DNA from: Candidatus Binatia bacterium | GTDB lineage: Bacteria > Desulfobacterota > Binatia > UBA9968 > JAJDTQ01 | DNA length: 64,000 nt | Assembly: GCA_963666515.2 (NCBI GenBank) | Contig: OY762897.2 | Span: forward strand, 2,816,001-2,880,000 | Direction: 5' to 3' | Shown here: positions 1-9,450 of the stretch, one piece after another | How positions within the stretch are numbered: position 1 is the first letter of the stretch | Layout of the letters: each line of letters starts with the position of its first letter | The notes under the pieces: model-generated | Databases searched by the model: none | What the model saw: the letters and a program-made list of their open reading frames with translations, nothing else | Told to the model about the DNA's origin: nothing | Position numbers and translations under genes: made by a program

Positions 1-1650
1 GTGCCCTCCACCGCGGTTCCGTCCGTGAAATCCGGCGTCACCGTCAGACCGCCCTGCACCGCCGCGGACAGCGTCACCGTGAACGTCATGCTCGCGCCTT
101 CGGTGGCGCCGGCGTCGTTCACCGTCACGGTCGCGCCGTCGTCGTTGTTGATCGTGCCCGTGCCCGTGTCGGTGGCCGTGATCCCGCTCGGCGCGTTCGA
201 CACACTCAGGCTCACCGTGAAGGTCTCGTTGGCTTCAATCACATCGTCTTCGGTGGTCGAGACCGTAAAGCTCTGGGTCTCGTTGGCCGTGCCGGTGAAC
301 GTCAGCGCGGCCGTGTTCTCGTCGTAGTCCGTGCCCTCGACGGCGGTTCCGTCCGTGAAACCCGGCGTCACCGTCAGCCCGCCCTGCACCGCCGCGGACA
401 GCGTCACCGTGAACGTCATGCTCGCGCCTTCGGTGGCACTGGCGTCGTTCACCGTCACGGTCGCGCCGTCGTCGTTGTTGATCGTGCCCGTGCCCGTGTC
501 GGTGGCCGTGATCCCGTTCGGCGCGTTCGACACACTCAGGCTCACCGTGAAGGTCTCGTTGGCTTCAATCACCGCGTCTTCGGTAGTCGAGACCGTAAAG
601 CTCTGGGTCTCGTTGGCCGTGCCGGTGAACGTCAGCGCGGCCGTGTTCTCGTCGTAGTCCGTGCCCTCGACGGCGGTTCCGTCCGTGAAACCCGGCGTCA
701 CCGTCAGCCCGCCCTGCACCGCCGTGTCCAGCGTGACGGTGAAGGAGATGTTGTCGCCCTCGTCGGCGTTGGCATCGGCGATGGTCACCGTCGCGCTGTC
801 GTCGTTGTTGATCGTGCCCGTGCCCGTGTCGGTGGATGTCACGCCGGAGGGCGCGTCGGAGACCGTCAGGCCCACCGTGAAGGTCTCGTTGGCTTCAGTC
901 ACATCGTCTTCGGTGGTCGAGACCGTGAAGCTCCGGGTCTCGTTGGCCGTGCCGGTGAACGTCAGCGTGGCCGTGTTCGTCGTGTAATCGGCGTCCGCGG
1001 TGGTCACGTTGGTATAGCTCGGCGTCACCTTCAGGCCGCCTTGCACCGCCTTGCCCAGCGTCACCGTGAAGGTCATGCTGCTGCCTTCGGACGCGCTGGC
1101 GTCGTTCACCGTCACCGTCGCGCCGTCGTCGTTGTTGATCGTGCCCGTGCCCGTGTCGGTGGCCGTGACCCCGCTCGGCGCGTTCGACACACTCAGGCCC
1201 ACCGTGAAGGTCTCGTTGGCTTCAATCACCGCGTCTTCGGTGGTCGAGACCGTGAAGCTCTGGGTCTCGTTGGCCGTGCCGGTGAACGTCAGCGCGGCCG
1301 TGTTCTCGTCGTAGTCCGTGCCCTCGACGGCGGTTCCGTCCGTGAAATCCGGCGTCACCGTCAGCCCGCCCTGCACCGCCGTGTCCAGCGTGACGGTGAA
1401 GGAGATGCCGTCGCCCTCGTCGGCGTTGGCATCGGCGATGGTCACCGTCGCGCTGTCGTCGTTGTTGATCGTGCCCGTGCCCGTGTCGGTGGATGTCACG
1501 CCGGAGGGCGCGTCGGAGACGCTCAACCCCACGGTGAAGGTCTCGGTGGCTTCAACCACTTCGTCGTCAACGGTCGATACCGTGAAGGTATGGGTCTCGT
1601 TGGCCGTGCCGGTGAAGGTCAGCGCCGCCGTGTTCGCCGTGTAATCGGCG
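1..1650 (-). repeat. ~330-bp near-identical Calx-beta coding repeats
   Basis: Units start near 1, 331, 661, 991 and 1318; more divergent units continue to ~5100. Confidence 0.85.
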
Positions 1651-4600
1651 TCCGCGGCGGTCACGTTGGTATAGCTCGGTGTCACCTTCAGCCCGCCCTG
1701 CACCGCCTTGGAGAGCGTCACCGTGAAGGTCATGCTGCCGCCCTCGGCCGCGCTGGCGTCGTTGACCGTCACCGTGGCGCTGTCGTCGTCGGTCAGCGTC
1801 AGCGTCGTCCCGGTCACCGTCAGGTCCGTCGCCGTGCCGGCCACGCCGACCGTCTCGCCGCCCTCGACTACCGTGTCCGAGGTCGGCGTCAGGGTGAACG
1901 TCGCCGTGCCGCTCTTCTGGCCCTTGGCGATGGTCACGTCGAAGCCCGTCACCGCCGCGTAGTCCGTGCCGGAGGTGGCCGTGCCGCTGCCGCCCACCGA
2001 GACCGTCACCGTCGTGTCCGACGCATAGGTGCTGCTGTTGGAGAACTCCGCCGTCACCGTCACCGATGTCCCCGACGCGCCCTCGCCGACGCTCGACGGG
2101 TTCAGCGACAGGCTCACGGACGGCACGCTGTCGTCGTCCGTAATCGTCACGGTCGCCGCCGTCACCGTCGAGTTCGAGATGGTCGCGTCCACGATGACCG
2201 TCTCGTCGCCCTCCACCAGGGTGTCCTGCGTGGGGGTGAGGGTGAACGTGCCCGTCCCGCTCGTCGCGTTCGCCGCGATCGTGATCGTGAAGTCAGACAC
2301 CGCCGCGTAGTCCACGCCGGAGGTGGCCGTGCCGCTGTCGCCCACCGAGACCGTCACCGTCCGCGCCGACGTAATCGACGACGCCGATGTCGCCGTCACC
2401 GTCACCGACGTCGCCCCCGCTCCCTCGCTCACGGTCACGTTGGACTGCGCCACCGTCAGTGCCACCGAGGGATGGTCGTCGTTCGTGATCGTCCCGGTCG
2501 CCGTATCGGTCGCCGTCACGGACGCCGCGGTATCGGAGACGGACAGGCTCACCGTAAAGGTTTCGTCCGCCTCCAGAGCCTTGTCCTCGGTGGTCGCCAC
2601 GGTGAAGGTCTGCGTCTCGTTCGCCGTGCCGGAGAAGGTGAGGCCGGTGGTGTTCTCGGTGTAGTCCGTGCCCTCGGTGGCCGTGCCGTCGGAGAAGCTC
2701 GGCGTCACCGTCAACCCGCCGGGCACCGACTTGTCCAGCGTCACCGTGAAGGAGATGGAGTCGCCCTCGGAGGCCGAGGCGTCGGCAATCGTCACCGCCG
2801 CGCTGCCGTCGTCGTTGGTGATCGTCCCGGTCGCCGTATCGCTCGCCGTGACGGACGCCGAGGTATCCGAGACGGTCAGGCTCACCGTGAAGGTCTCGTC
2901 CGGCTCGACGTGGGCGTCCTCGGTGGTCGCCACGGTGAAGGTCTGCGTCTCGTTCGCCGTGCCGGAGAAGGTGAGGCCGGTGGTGTTCTCGGTGTAGTCC
3001 GTGCCCTCGGTGGCCGTGCCGCCGGAGAAGCTCGGCGTCACCGTCAACCCGCCCGACACCGCCGTGTCCAGCGTCACGGTGAAGGAGATGGAATCGCCCT
3101 CGGAGGCCGAGGCGTCGGCAATCGTCACCTCCGCGCTGTCGTTGTCGGTCAGGGTCACGGTCGCCGCCGTCACCGTCGAGTTCGCGCTCGTCCCCGCCAC
3201 GCCGATCGTCTCGCTGCCCTCGGCCACGGAGTCGTCCGTCGGCGTCAGCGTGAACGTTCCGGTTCCGCTCGTCGCGTCGGCGGCGATGGTGATCGTGAAG
3301 TCAGTCACCGCCGCGTAGTCCGTTCCGGAGGCGGCCGTGCCGCTGCCGCCCACCGAGACCCTCACCGTCCGCGCCGCCGTATGCGCCGACGCTGCCGTCG
3401 CCGTGACCGTCACCGATGTCCCCGAGGCTCCCTCGCTCACGCTCGAAGGGGCCGCCGAGAGGGTCACCGCCGGAAGGTCGTCGTTCGTGATCGTCCCGGT
3501 CGCCGTATCGGTCGCCGTCAAAGCCGACGGGGAGTCGGAGACGGTGAGGCTCACCGTGAAGGTCTCGTCCGCCTCGCGATCCGTATCCTCGGTGGTCGTC
3601 ACGGTCAGGGTCTGCGTCTCGCCCGCCGTGCCGGTGAAGTTGATCTTCTCTTCGGTCTCGGTGTAGTCCGTGCCCCCGGTGGCCGTGACGTCGGTGAAGC
3701 TCGGCGTCAACGTCGCCCCGCCCGACACCGCCCTGTCCAGTGTCAGCGTGAAAGAGATGGAGTCACCCTCGGAGGCCGAGGCGTCGGCGATCGTCACCGT
3801 CCCGCTGTCGTTGTCGTCCAGCGTCACGTTCGCGTCCGTCACCGTCAGGCTGGTGCCCTGGCCCCACACGTTGATCGTCTCGTCGTGCTCCACGATCGCG
3901 TCGTCCGTCGGCGTGAGGGTGAACGTGCCGGTTCCGGTCGTCGCGTTCGCCGCGATCGTGATAGAAAAGTTCCCGACGGCGGCATAGTCCGTGTTCCACG
4001 TCGCGCTGCCGCCGCTCACCGAGACCTGCACCGTCCGCAACGACGAAATCGCCGTCGCCGTCGCCGTCACGGTAATCGAGGTCGCGCCGGCGTCTTCGTC
4101 CACCTCCGAAGGGTTCACCGACAGGGTCACCGAGTAGGTGTCGTCGTCGTCCAGCGTCACCGTGGTCCCGGTCACGGTCGCCAGCGAGGTGGTCCCGGCC
4201 ACGCCGATGGTCTCGTCGCCCTCCACCGTGGTATCGTCCGTTGGCGTCAGTGTGAACGTGCCGGTTCCGGTCGTCGCGTTGGCGGCGATGGTGATGTCGA
4301 AGTTCGACACCGCCGTGTAGTCGGTGCCCGAAGTCGCCGTGCCGCTGCCGCCCACCGATACCGTCACCGTCCGCGCCGCCGTATGCGCCGCCGCCGCCGT
4401 CGCCGTCACCGTCACCGACGTCGCGCCGTCGTCCTCGTCCACCTCCGAAGGGTTCACCGACAGGGTCACCGCCGGCAGGTCGTTGTCGGTCAGCGTCACG
4501 GTGGTTCCCGTCACCTGCGTGCTCGTGCTGGTCCCCGACACCCCGATGGTCTCGTCGCCTTCCACGGACGTGTCGTCCGTCGGCGTCAGCGTGAACGTGC

Positions 4601-5324
4601 CGGTTCCGGTCGTCGCGTTGGCGGCGATGGTGATGTCGAAGTCCGCCACGGCCGAGTAGTCCGTGCCCGAGGTCGCCGTGCCGCTGCCGCCCACCGAGAC
4701 CGTCACCGTCCGCGCCGCCGTGATGGACGACGCCGACGTCGCCGTGACCGTCACCGACGTTGCCGACGCGCCCTCGCTCACGCTCGAAGGGGCCGCCGAC
4801 AGCGTCACCGCCGGGTAGAAGTCGTTGTCGGTCAGCGTGATCGTCGCGGTTTCCGACCTGCCGCCCGACGCCGTGGCGGTCACGGTGATCGTCTCGTTGC
4901 CCTCGATCAGGCTGTCGTCCGTGGGCGTCAGCGTGAACGAGCCGGTGCCGTAGGCGGCGTGTTCCGCGATGCTGATGTCGAAGTTCGTCACCGCCGCGTA
5001 GTCGGTGCCGGAGGTTGCCGAGCCGCCGCCCACCGAAATCGTTGCGGTGATGGGGTAAGTCGTTATGTTGAACCGGTTGACGGTCACGTTAATGGTCTTC
5101 GCCCCGCCGTTCTCGGTCACGTTCGACGGGCTTACGCTGAGCGAGATGACTTGATTCTGCGCACCCGCCTCCGGGGGCGACAGCATCAGGAAGGCCGCCG
5201 CGAGCAGGCAAGCCATCGCCGTGCCGGCGCGCGCCCTGGCCCAGGCATGCAAAGCCCCCGGGAGCTTGCGGCGCGGTGACCGACCGGCAAGCCTTGCGAC
5301 GCCTGTCAAAAATCCAAGACGCAT
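1..5324 (-). CDS. Giant secreted Calx-beta repeat protein (>=1774 aa, 3' end outside window)
   Basis: Manual translation from ATG 5324 (AAGGAG upstream): MRLGFLTG...ACLLAAAFLMLSPPEAGA-QNQ signal peptide, then ~110-aa repeats such as TPDFTDGTAVEGTDYDENTAALTFTGTANETQSFTVSTTEDDVIEANETFTVSL. The start is in frame with the repeats at the window edge; the + strand ORFs here are its shadows. Confidence 0.9.
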   Translation of the reverse strand, partial: MRLGFLTGVARLAGRSPRRKLPGALHAWARARAGTAMACLLAAAFLMLSPPEAGAQNQVISLSVSPSNVTENGGAKTINVTVNRFNITTYPITATISVGGGSATSGTDYAAVTNFDISIAEHAAYGTGSFTLTPTDDSLIEGNETITVTATASGGRSETATITLTDNDFYPAVTLSAAPSSVSEGASATSVTVTATSASSITAARTVTVSVGGSGTATSGTDYSAVADFDITIAANATTGTGTFTLTPTDDTSVEGDETIGVSGTSTSTQVTGTTVTLTDNDLPAVTLSVNPSEVDEDDGATSVTVTATAAAAHTAARTVTVSVGGSGTATSGTDYTAVSNFDITIAANATTGTGTFTLTPTDDTTVEGDETIGVAGTTSLATVTGTTVTLDDDDTYSVTLSVNPSEVDEDAGATSITVTATATAISSLRTVQVSVSGGSATWNTDYAAVGNFSITIAANATTGTGTFTLTPTDDAIVEHDETINVWGQGTSLTVTDANVTLDDNDSGTVTIADASASEGDSISFTLTLDRAVSGGATLTPSFTDVTATGGTDYTETEEKINFTGTAGETQTLTVTTTEDTDREADETFTVSLTVSDSPSALTATDTATGTITNDDLPAVTLSAAPSSVSEGASGTSVTVTATAASAHTAARTVRVSVGGSGTAASGTDYAAVTDFTITIAADATSGTGTFTLTPTDDSVAEGSETIGVAGTSANSTVTAATVTLTDNDSAEVTIADASASEGDSISFTVTLDTAVSGGLTVTPSFSGGTATEGTDYTENTTGLTFSGTANETQTFTVATTEDAHVEPDETFTVSLTVSDTSASVTASDTATGTITNDDGSAAVTIADASASEGDSISFTVTLDKSVPGGLTVTPSFSDGTATEGTDYTENTTGLTFSGTANETQTFTVATTEDKALEADETFTVSLSVSDTAASVTATDTATGTITNDDHPSVALTVAQSNVTVSEGAGATSVTVTATSASSITSARTVTVSVGDSGTATSGVDYAAVSDFTITIAANATSGTGTFTLTPTQDTLVEGDETVIVDATISNSTVTAATVTITDDDSVPSVSLSLNPSSVGEGASGTSVTVTAEFSNSSTYASDTTVTVSVGGSGTATSGTDYAAVTGFDVTIAKGQKSGTATFTLTPTSDTVVEGGETVGVAGTATDLTVTGTTLTLTDDDSATVTVNDASAAEGGSMTFTVTLSKAVQGGLKVTPSYTNVTAADADYTANTAALTFTGTANETHTFTVSTVDDEVVEATETFTVGLSVSDAPSGVTSTDTGTGTINNDDSATVTIADANADEGDGISFTVTLDTAVQGGLTVTPDFTDGTAVEGTDYDENTAALTFTGTANETQSFTVSTTEDAVIEANETFTVGLSVSNAPSGVTATDTGTGTINNDDGATVTVNDASASEGSSMTFTVTLGKAVQGGLKVTPSYTNVTTADADYTTNTATLTFTGTANETRSFTVSTTEDDVTEANETFTVGLTVSDAPSGVTSTDTGTGTINNDDSATVTIADANADEGDNISFTVTLDTAVQGGLTVTPGFTDGTAVEGTDYDENTAALTFTGTANETQSFTVSTTEDAVIEANETFTVSLSVSNAPNGITATDTGTGTINNDDGATVTVNDASATEGASMTFTVTLSAAVQGGLTVTPGFTDGTAVEGTDYDENTAALTFTGTANETQSFTVSTTEDDVIEANETFTVSLSVSNAPSGITATDTGTGTINNDDGATVTVNDAGATEGASMTFTVTLSAAVQGGLTVTPDFTDGTAVEG

Positions 5325-5427
5325 TGCCTAACTCCTTGTTACGCAATCGGCTCCAGGTGAAGGAGTTGCTGCCCGACCGCCTGCCGGACTTGAGTGTAAT
5401 TAGCATGTACAATCGCATAACTAGTAA

Positions 5428-5443
5428 AGCAATTTCCGCGCCA
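5428..5443 (-). promoter_or_regulatory. Sigma54 -24/-12 promoter
   Basis: Minus strand reads TGGCGCGGAAATTGCT (GG-N10-GC), ~100 nt upstream of the Calx-beta gene start. Confidence 0.75.
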
Positions 5444-5460
5444 AAGTGCATCAAATCACA

Positions 5461-5473
5461 TAACCTATTGATA
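5461..5473 (-). promoter_or_regulatory. IHF binding site
   Basis: Minus strand TATCAATAGGTTA matches WATCAANNNNTTR exactly, in AT-rich DNA just upstream of the -24 element. Confidence 0.65.
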
Positions 5474-5520
5474 TTAAAAGACTTTTACCGATTGCGTGAA
5501 TCGAGCGCACCCACCCCTAT

Positions 5521-5649
5521 GTCGCAGAATGAGACGCACATACCCCCGTCCGACACCGGGGTCGGGACACATTTCTGCTTTAATTTCAGTTAGTTATCTG
5601 CTTTCAGGGAAGAGAGTCGCAATTTGCGACAAGATTCGCATTATGCGAC
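5521..5649. promoter_or_regulatory. Three GTCGCA-N3-TGCGAC palindromes, putative enhancer-binding-protein sites
   Basis: 5521-5535 gtcgcagaatgagac; 5616-5630 gtcgcaatttgcgac; 5635-5649 ttcgcattatgcgac. Confidence 0.6.
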
Positions 5650-5651
5650 AC

Positions 5652-6431
5652 TCAACGCGTGTTCCGGCAGCGCAGCAGCGCGGCCACCTCTTGCCACAGC
5701 TCCCGGTAGCGCTTCGTAGCAGTGGCCGCGGGCAGGAACGCGGGGAGCGGCGCCCTGGCCAGGCCCATGCTCTCCACGTCGGCGCTGTAGGGGACCGTGG
5801 CCTGCAGCCACCGCGGAAACTGCTCCTTCATGGCCGCCATGGTGGCCCGGTGCATCTTCTTGCGCGCCTCCACCATGGAGAAGAAGGCGCATATCCTGCC
5901 CTCGTCATAGCCTTCGCGCCTGATGAAGTGCCGGAGGTTGGCATAGGCGCGGGCCGCCAGCGTCGACGGGACCACCGGGACCAGGAGCAGGTCCGCGGCG
6001 ACGAAGATGCTCTCGGCCAGCAAGGCCGCGGTGGCCGGGCTGTCGAGCACGATCAGGTCGTACTCGTCGCGGAACGGACCGAGTATCTCCCGCAGCCGGC
6101 TCCTGGAACGCTTGAGGCGGCCCAGCGCGGACGCCAGGTGGCGGTGCGACCAGTCCGCCGGCAACAGGTCCAGCCCGTCGTAGTCGGTTCCCTTGATGTT
6201 GCGGGAAATCCGCGCCCGCCCCTTGAGGAAGACCTTTCGGGCCTTCCTGAGCCGGGGCTTCACGCGAAAGTAGTAGGTGGCCGAACTCTGCGGGTCGAGG
6301 TCACAGACGAGCGTCCTGAGTCCGGACGCCGCGCTGAGGTAGGCGAGGTTGACGGCGGTGGCGGTCTTGCCGACGCCGCCTTTCAGGTGATAGACGGCCA
6401 TCACCCTTCCCCGTTCGGACTTGTCCCCCAT
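5652..6431 (-). CDS. ParA/MinD-family ATPase (orphan)
   Basis: Deviant Walker A KGGVGKT, DLDPQ and D-S-P motifs; no parB adjacent. Confidence 0.85.
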   Translation of the reverse strand: MGDKSERGRVMAVYHLKGGVGKTATAVNLAYLSAASGLRTLVCDLDPQSSATYYFRVKPRLRKARKVFLKGRARISRNIKGTDYDGLDLLPADWSHRHLASALGRLKRSRSRLREILGPFRDEYDLIVLDSPATAALLAESIFVAADLLLVPVVPSTLAARAYANLRHFIRREGYDEGRICAFFSMVEARKKMHRATMAAMKEQFPRWLQATVPYSADVESMGLARAPLPAFLPAATATKRYRELWQEVAALLRCRNTR

Positions 6432-6511
6432 CGTTCAGACGTCTGCCAAGTCCGACGGGCTGCGGTAGAGGCCGGAGGCCGCTTCTCTCACGGCCTCCGA
6501 CCCTGCGCGCT

Positions 6512-6820
6512 TCAAGCCTTGGGTTTTCTGGGAGGGACGATGGCGTCTTTGCAGGCCTTGGCGATACGGAACTTGACGACCCTCTTCGCGGGAATCTTGA
6601 TCGCCTGCCCCGTAGCCGGGTTGCGCCCCATGCGGGCCTTGCGGTTGGTTTTCACGAGCCGGCCGATGCCCGGTACGATGAAGACCCCGGTCTTCTTCAC
6701 CTCCTTCACGGCAAGAGCGGCCAGGTTGTCCAGAAAGTCTTTCGCGACAGTTTTGTGGAGGTCGCACTTGGCTGCCAGATCGGCCACGATCTGGGCCTGG
6801 GTCATTTTTGTTGCTGCCAT
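6512..6820 (-). CDS. HU-family DNA-binding protein
   Basis: ARMGRNPATGQAIKIPAKRVVKF arm motif; ATG 6820 with GGGAGAGG upstream. Confidence 0.9.
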   Translation of the reverse strand: MAATKMTQAQIVADLAAKCDLHKTVAKDFLDNLAALAVKEVKKTGVFIVPGIGRLVKTNRKARMGRNPATGQAIKIPAKRVVKFRIAKACKDAIVPPRKPKA

Positions 6821-6963
6821 GCCTCTCCCTTCCACGCCCTGCGTTCCGGCGGGCGCAAATTCAAGAACTCCCTAGTTCAATACGCGTGTTTCACGAAATT
6901 GTAAAGAACAAAGGCGGCGAACACGGCTCCTTTACGCCGGCAAGCCGCCCGGCCGCGCCCTCC

Positions 6964-8433
6964 CTACGGGCCGCCGGCGCCCCCACGCCAGTCGGGCAAC
7001 TGCGGATGCGGCCGGCGAAAAGCGTGAATGATGTCGCTGTGCGTCAGGTTGTCGTACCGGAACGACGGCAGATCGGAACTGATTCTGGAGTGGTATCTCA
7101 TCAGGATCAGGTACCGTTTGACCAGCTCCGGCAGCAGGAAGTTCCGGCGGACGTGCTCCCGCCCCTGGCGGCCGAGGACCGCGGCGGCCTCGCCGTCGTC
7201 CAGGATGGCCGCCATGCGCGAGGCGATAGCGTCGGTGTCCAGCGGGTCCACCAGGTAACCGGTCACGCCGTCGATGACCTGGCGCTTGATGCCGCCCACC
7301 CGCGAGCCGATCACCGGCGCGCCCTGCCAGAGGGCTTCGGTCACCACCAGCCCGAACCCTTCCCGGGTCGACACGTGCACGAACCCCCGGGCGATGCGCA
7401 TCAACGCGCCCACCACCCGGTCGTTGTCCTCCACGTTGACCCAGAACCGGACGTCCGGGTCGTCGCCGGCCTGCCGTCTCAGTCCGTTCAGCACTTCCTC
7501 CCCCTCGGGGTCGTCGGAAGCCGTGTTGCCGATGAACAGCAGGCAGGGCTTGGGGTCCCAGCGCCGCGCCTCGCACAGCCGCTGGAAAGCCTTCAGTATC
7601 GTGCCCTGGTTCTTGTGAAGGTCGTAGCGGGAGATGGCGGCGAACAGGGGCCGTTCGGGGTCCACGTCGTGGGCCTTGAACAACGGCTGCAGGATGTCCA
7701 GCGCCTCGGTCCGGGTGTACTGGCGGTTCTTCTCCGCCAGCGGGTCGATGCACGGCATGATCTCGTAGACCGGAATCTTGAGCCCCGGGCCGACGAACTC
7801 GCGCATGGTGAAGACCGCGCCGTCGCAATGGTTGACGTACGGCAGGAGGAAACGCCAGACGGTCTTGTCGGGCACCGACGTATCGATGTGACAGCGCCAG
7901 ATCACGTTGCCGAGAATCGGCGCGTTCATGATCATGGCCGCCGGCTGCGGATCGTGGATGACGGTCAGGTCGGAGGCGATGAAGGTGTTGCTGGCGTTCT
8001 CGTCGATGGTGTCGAGGTAGGCGCCGAAGATCTCTTCAAGGGAAACGGGGGACCCCGCTCCCTGGAGCAGGTTGTGGAACTTCTTGGTGACCTGGAAGAA
8101 CTCGCGGTTGCCGCGGATGGTGCACCACCGGGCATCGATGCCCAACAGCCGGGCGAAGGGAACGGCGCTGCGGAGCATCTCGGCCACCCCGCCGCCCACG
8201 GCCGTGGAATTGACGTTCACCCAGCCGTGGCCCGTCAGCGGCTCGGCCAGACGCCTCAACTCGTCCATCTGCGGCCTGCCCGTTACCGCCTCGTAGTCGG
8301 CGAGGTCGAAAGAGCCCTCGGGCCGGTGTTCCTCCAGGCCGACGACGGTCTCGTCCCGGCCGTTCCCGTTGCCGGCTTCGGGCGGGAGCGAGGTAGATTC
8401 CAGAGCTTCGGCGGCATCGTTCAACAAGGTCAA
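6964..8433 (-). CDS. GT4 glycosyltransferase, TreT (trehalose glycosyl-transferring synthase)-like
   Basis: NSTAVGGGVAE, HDPQP, WRCHID and EGFGLVVTEA motifs; TTG start with AGGAGG. Confidence 0.8.
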   Translation of the reverse strand: MTLLNDAAEALESTSLPPEAGNGNGRDETVVGLEEHRPEGSFDLADYEAVTGRPQMDELRRLAEPLTGHGWVNVNSTAVGGGVAEMLRSAVPFARLLGIDARWCTIRGNREFFQVTKKFHNLLQGAGSPVSLEEIFGAYLDTIDENASNTFIASDLTVIHDPQPAAMIMNAPILGNVIWRCHIDTSVPDKTVWRFLLPYVNHCDGAVFTMREFVGPGLKIPVYEIMPCIDPLAEKNRQYTRTEALDILQPLFKAHDVDPERPLFAAISRYDLHKNQGTILKAFQRLCEARRWDPKPCLLFIGNTASDDPEGEEVLNGLRRQAGDDPDVRFWVNVEDNDRVVGALMRIARGFVHVSTREGFGLVVTEALWQGAPVIGSRVGGIKRQVIDGVTGYLVDPLDTDAIASRMAAILDDGEAAAVLGRQGREHVRRNFLLPELVKRYLILMRYHSRISSDLPSFRYDNLTHSDIIHAFRRPHPQLPDWRGGAGGP

Positions 8434-8597
8434 GGCATCCCCTCCTGTGCTGTGGAAATGGGCAGCAATTCGCGAGACTTTAGAATGAGTTACCGGCGAA
8501 AGTCAACCACGGCGCCGGGACCGGTGAGAGACCCCTTGCGAGAGGGAAGGGGTTCACGTATTCTCTGACCACACGCTCACGCAACCGACCCTCGACC

Positions 8598-9275
8598 ATG
8601 CAAGCCAGGAAGCCTCATTTTCTGCGAAACACGATGATCACGGGGCTTCTGATCCTGATCCCGCTGTTCGTCACCTACATCCTCATCGCGTTCCTGTTCA
8701 ACCTGCTGGGCAACGCGGGCACGCCGATCATCCGCGGCCTGCTGTCCTTCCTCGACCTGGACGAGATCCGCTGGTTGATGCCGCTGGTTCCGGTCATCAA
8801 CCTGCTCATCGTCCTGTCGCTGATCTTCTCGATAGGGCTGTTCGGCACCAACATCGTCGGCCGGCGTATCCTGGCGGCGCTCAACCAACTGGTCATGCGC
8901 TTGCCGCTGGTGAGCACCGTCTACGGCGCCGTCAAGCAGGTGGTGGAGACGCTCCAGGGCCCTCAGGGAAGCTTCCAGCGCGTAGTGCTGCTGGAATACC
9001 CCAAGAACGGCGTGTGGATGATGGGGCTGGTTGCAACCCGCAGGGCCGATACCTTCAACCTCTCCCCGTCCGACACGCTGCTGTCCGTCTTCGTGCCCAC
9101 CACGCCGAACCCCACCTCCGGCTTTCTCGTCCTGGTGCCGGAGGAAGCGGTCATCGAAACCGACTACACCGTCGAGGAAGCCTTCAAGTTCATCGTCTCG
9201 TCCGGCATCGTCGGCAGGGAATTCACCACCCCCAGCAGTTCTGTACCAAGCCTTCCGACCGAAAAGGCCGGCTAG
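8598..9275 (+). CDS. DUF502 membrane protein
   Basis: Two TM segments plus RVVLLEYP and FVPTTPNPTSGF motifs. Confidence 0.85.
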   Translation: MQARKPHFLRNTMITGLLILIPLFVTYILIAFLFNLLGNAGTPIIRGLLSFLDLDEIRWLMPLVPVINLLIVLSLIFSIGLFGTNIVGRRILAALNQLVMRLPLVSTVYGAVKQVVETLQGPQGSFQRVVLLEYPKNGVWMMGLVATRRADTFNLSPSDTLLSVFVPTTPNPTSGFLVLVPEEAVIETDYTVEEAFKFIVSSGIVGREFTTPSSSVPSLPTEKAG

Positions 9276-9401
9276 CGTCCCGTCCTGCGTCACATCAGCT
9301 CCGACTCGTGGAACTATGCCCGGCTCCCGGGTGAGGTGGTCCACATCCACACCTTCACGCCCAGGTTCGAGTTCTGCATGACCGTCCCGGGTAGATTTTT
9401 A

Positions 9402-9431
9402 TTGATAATGATTTTACCTTATCATTATACT
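9402..9431 (+). promoter_or_regulatory. Putative sigma70 promoter overlapped by a Fur-like inverted repeat
   Basis: TTGATA-N18-TATACT; ATAATGAT-N8-ATCATTAT at 9405-9428; AT-rich island in GC-rich DNA. Confidence 0.5.
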
Positions 9432-9450
9432 CACCCAGGTTGTTTGATCG

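Noticed and set aside
1-5279. Series of ~108-aa + strand ORFs and the 1412-aa Arg/Gly-rich ORF
   Set aside because: Antisense shadows of the Calx-beta gene; their periodic stops are the reverse complement of repeated GAC TAC (Asp-Tyr) codons.
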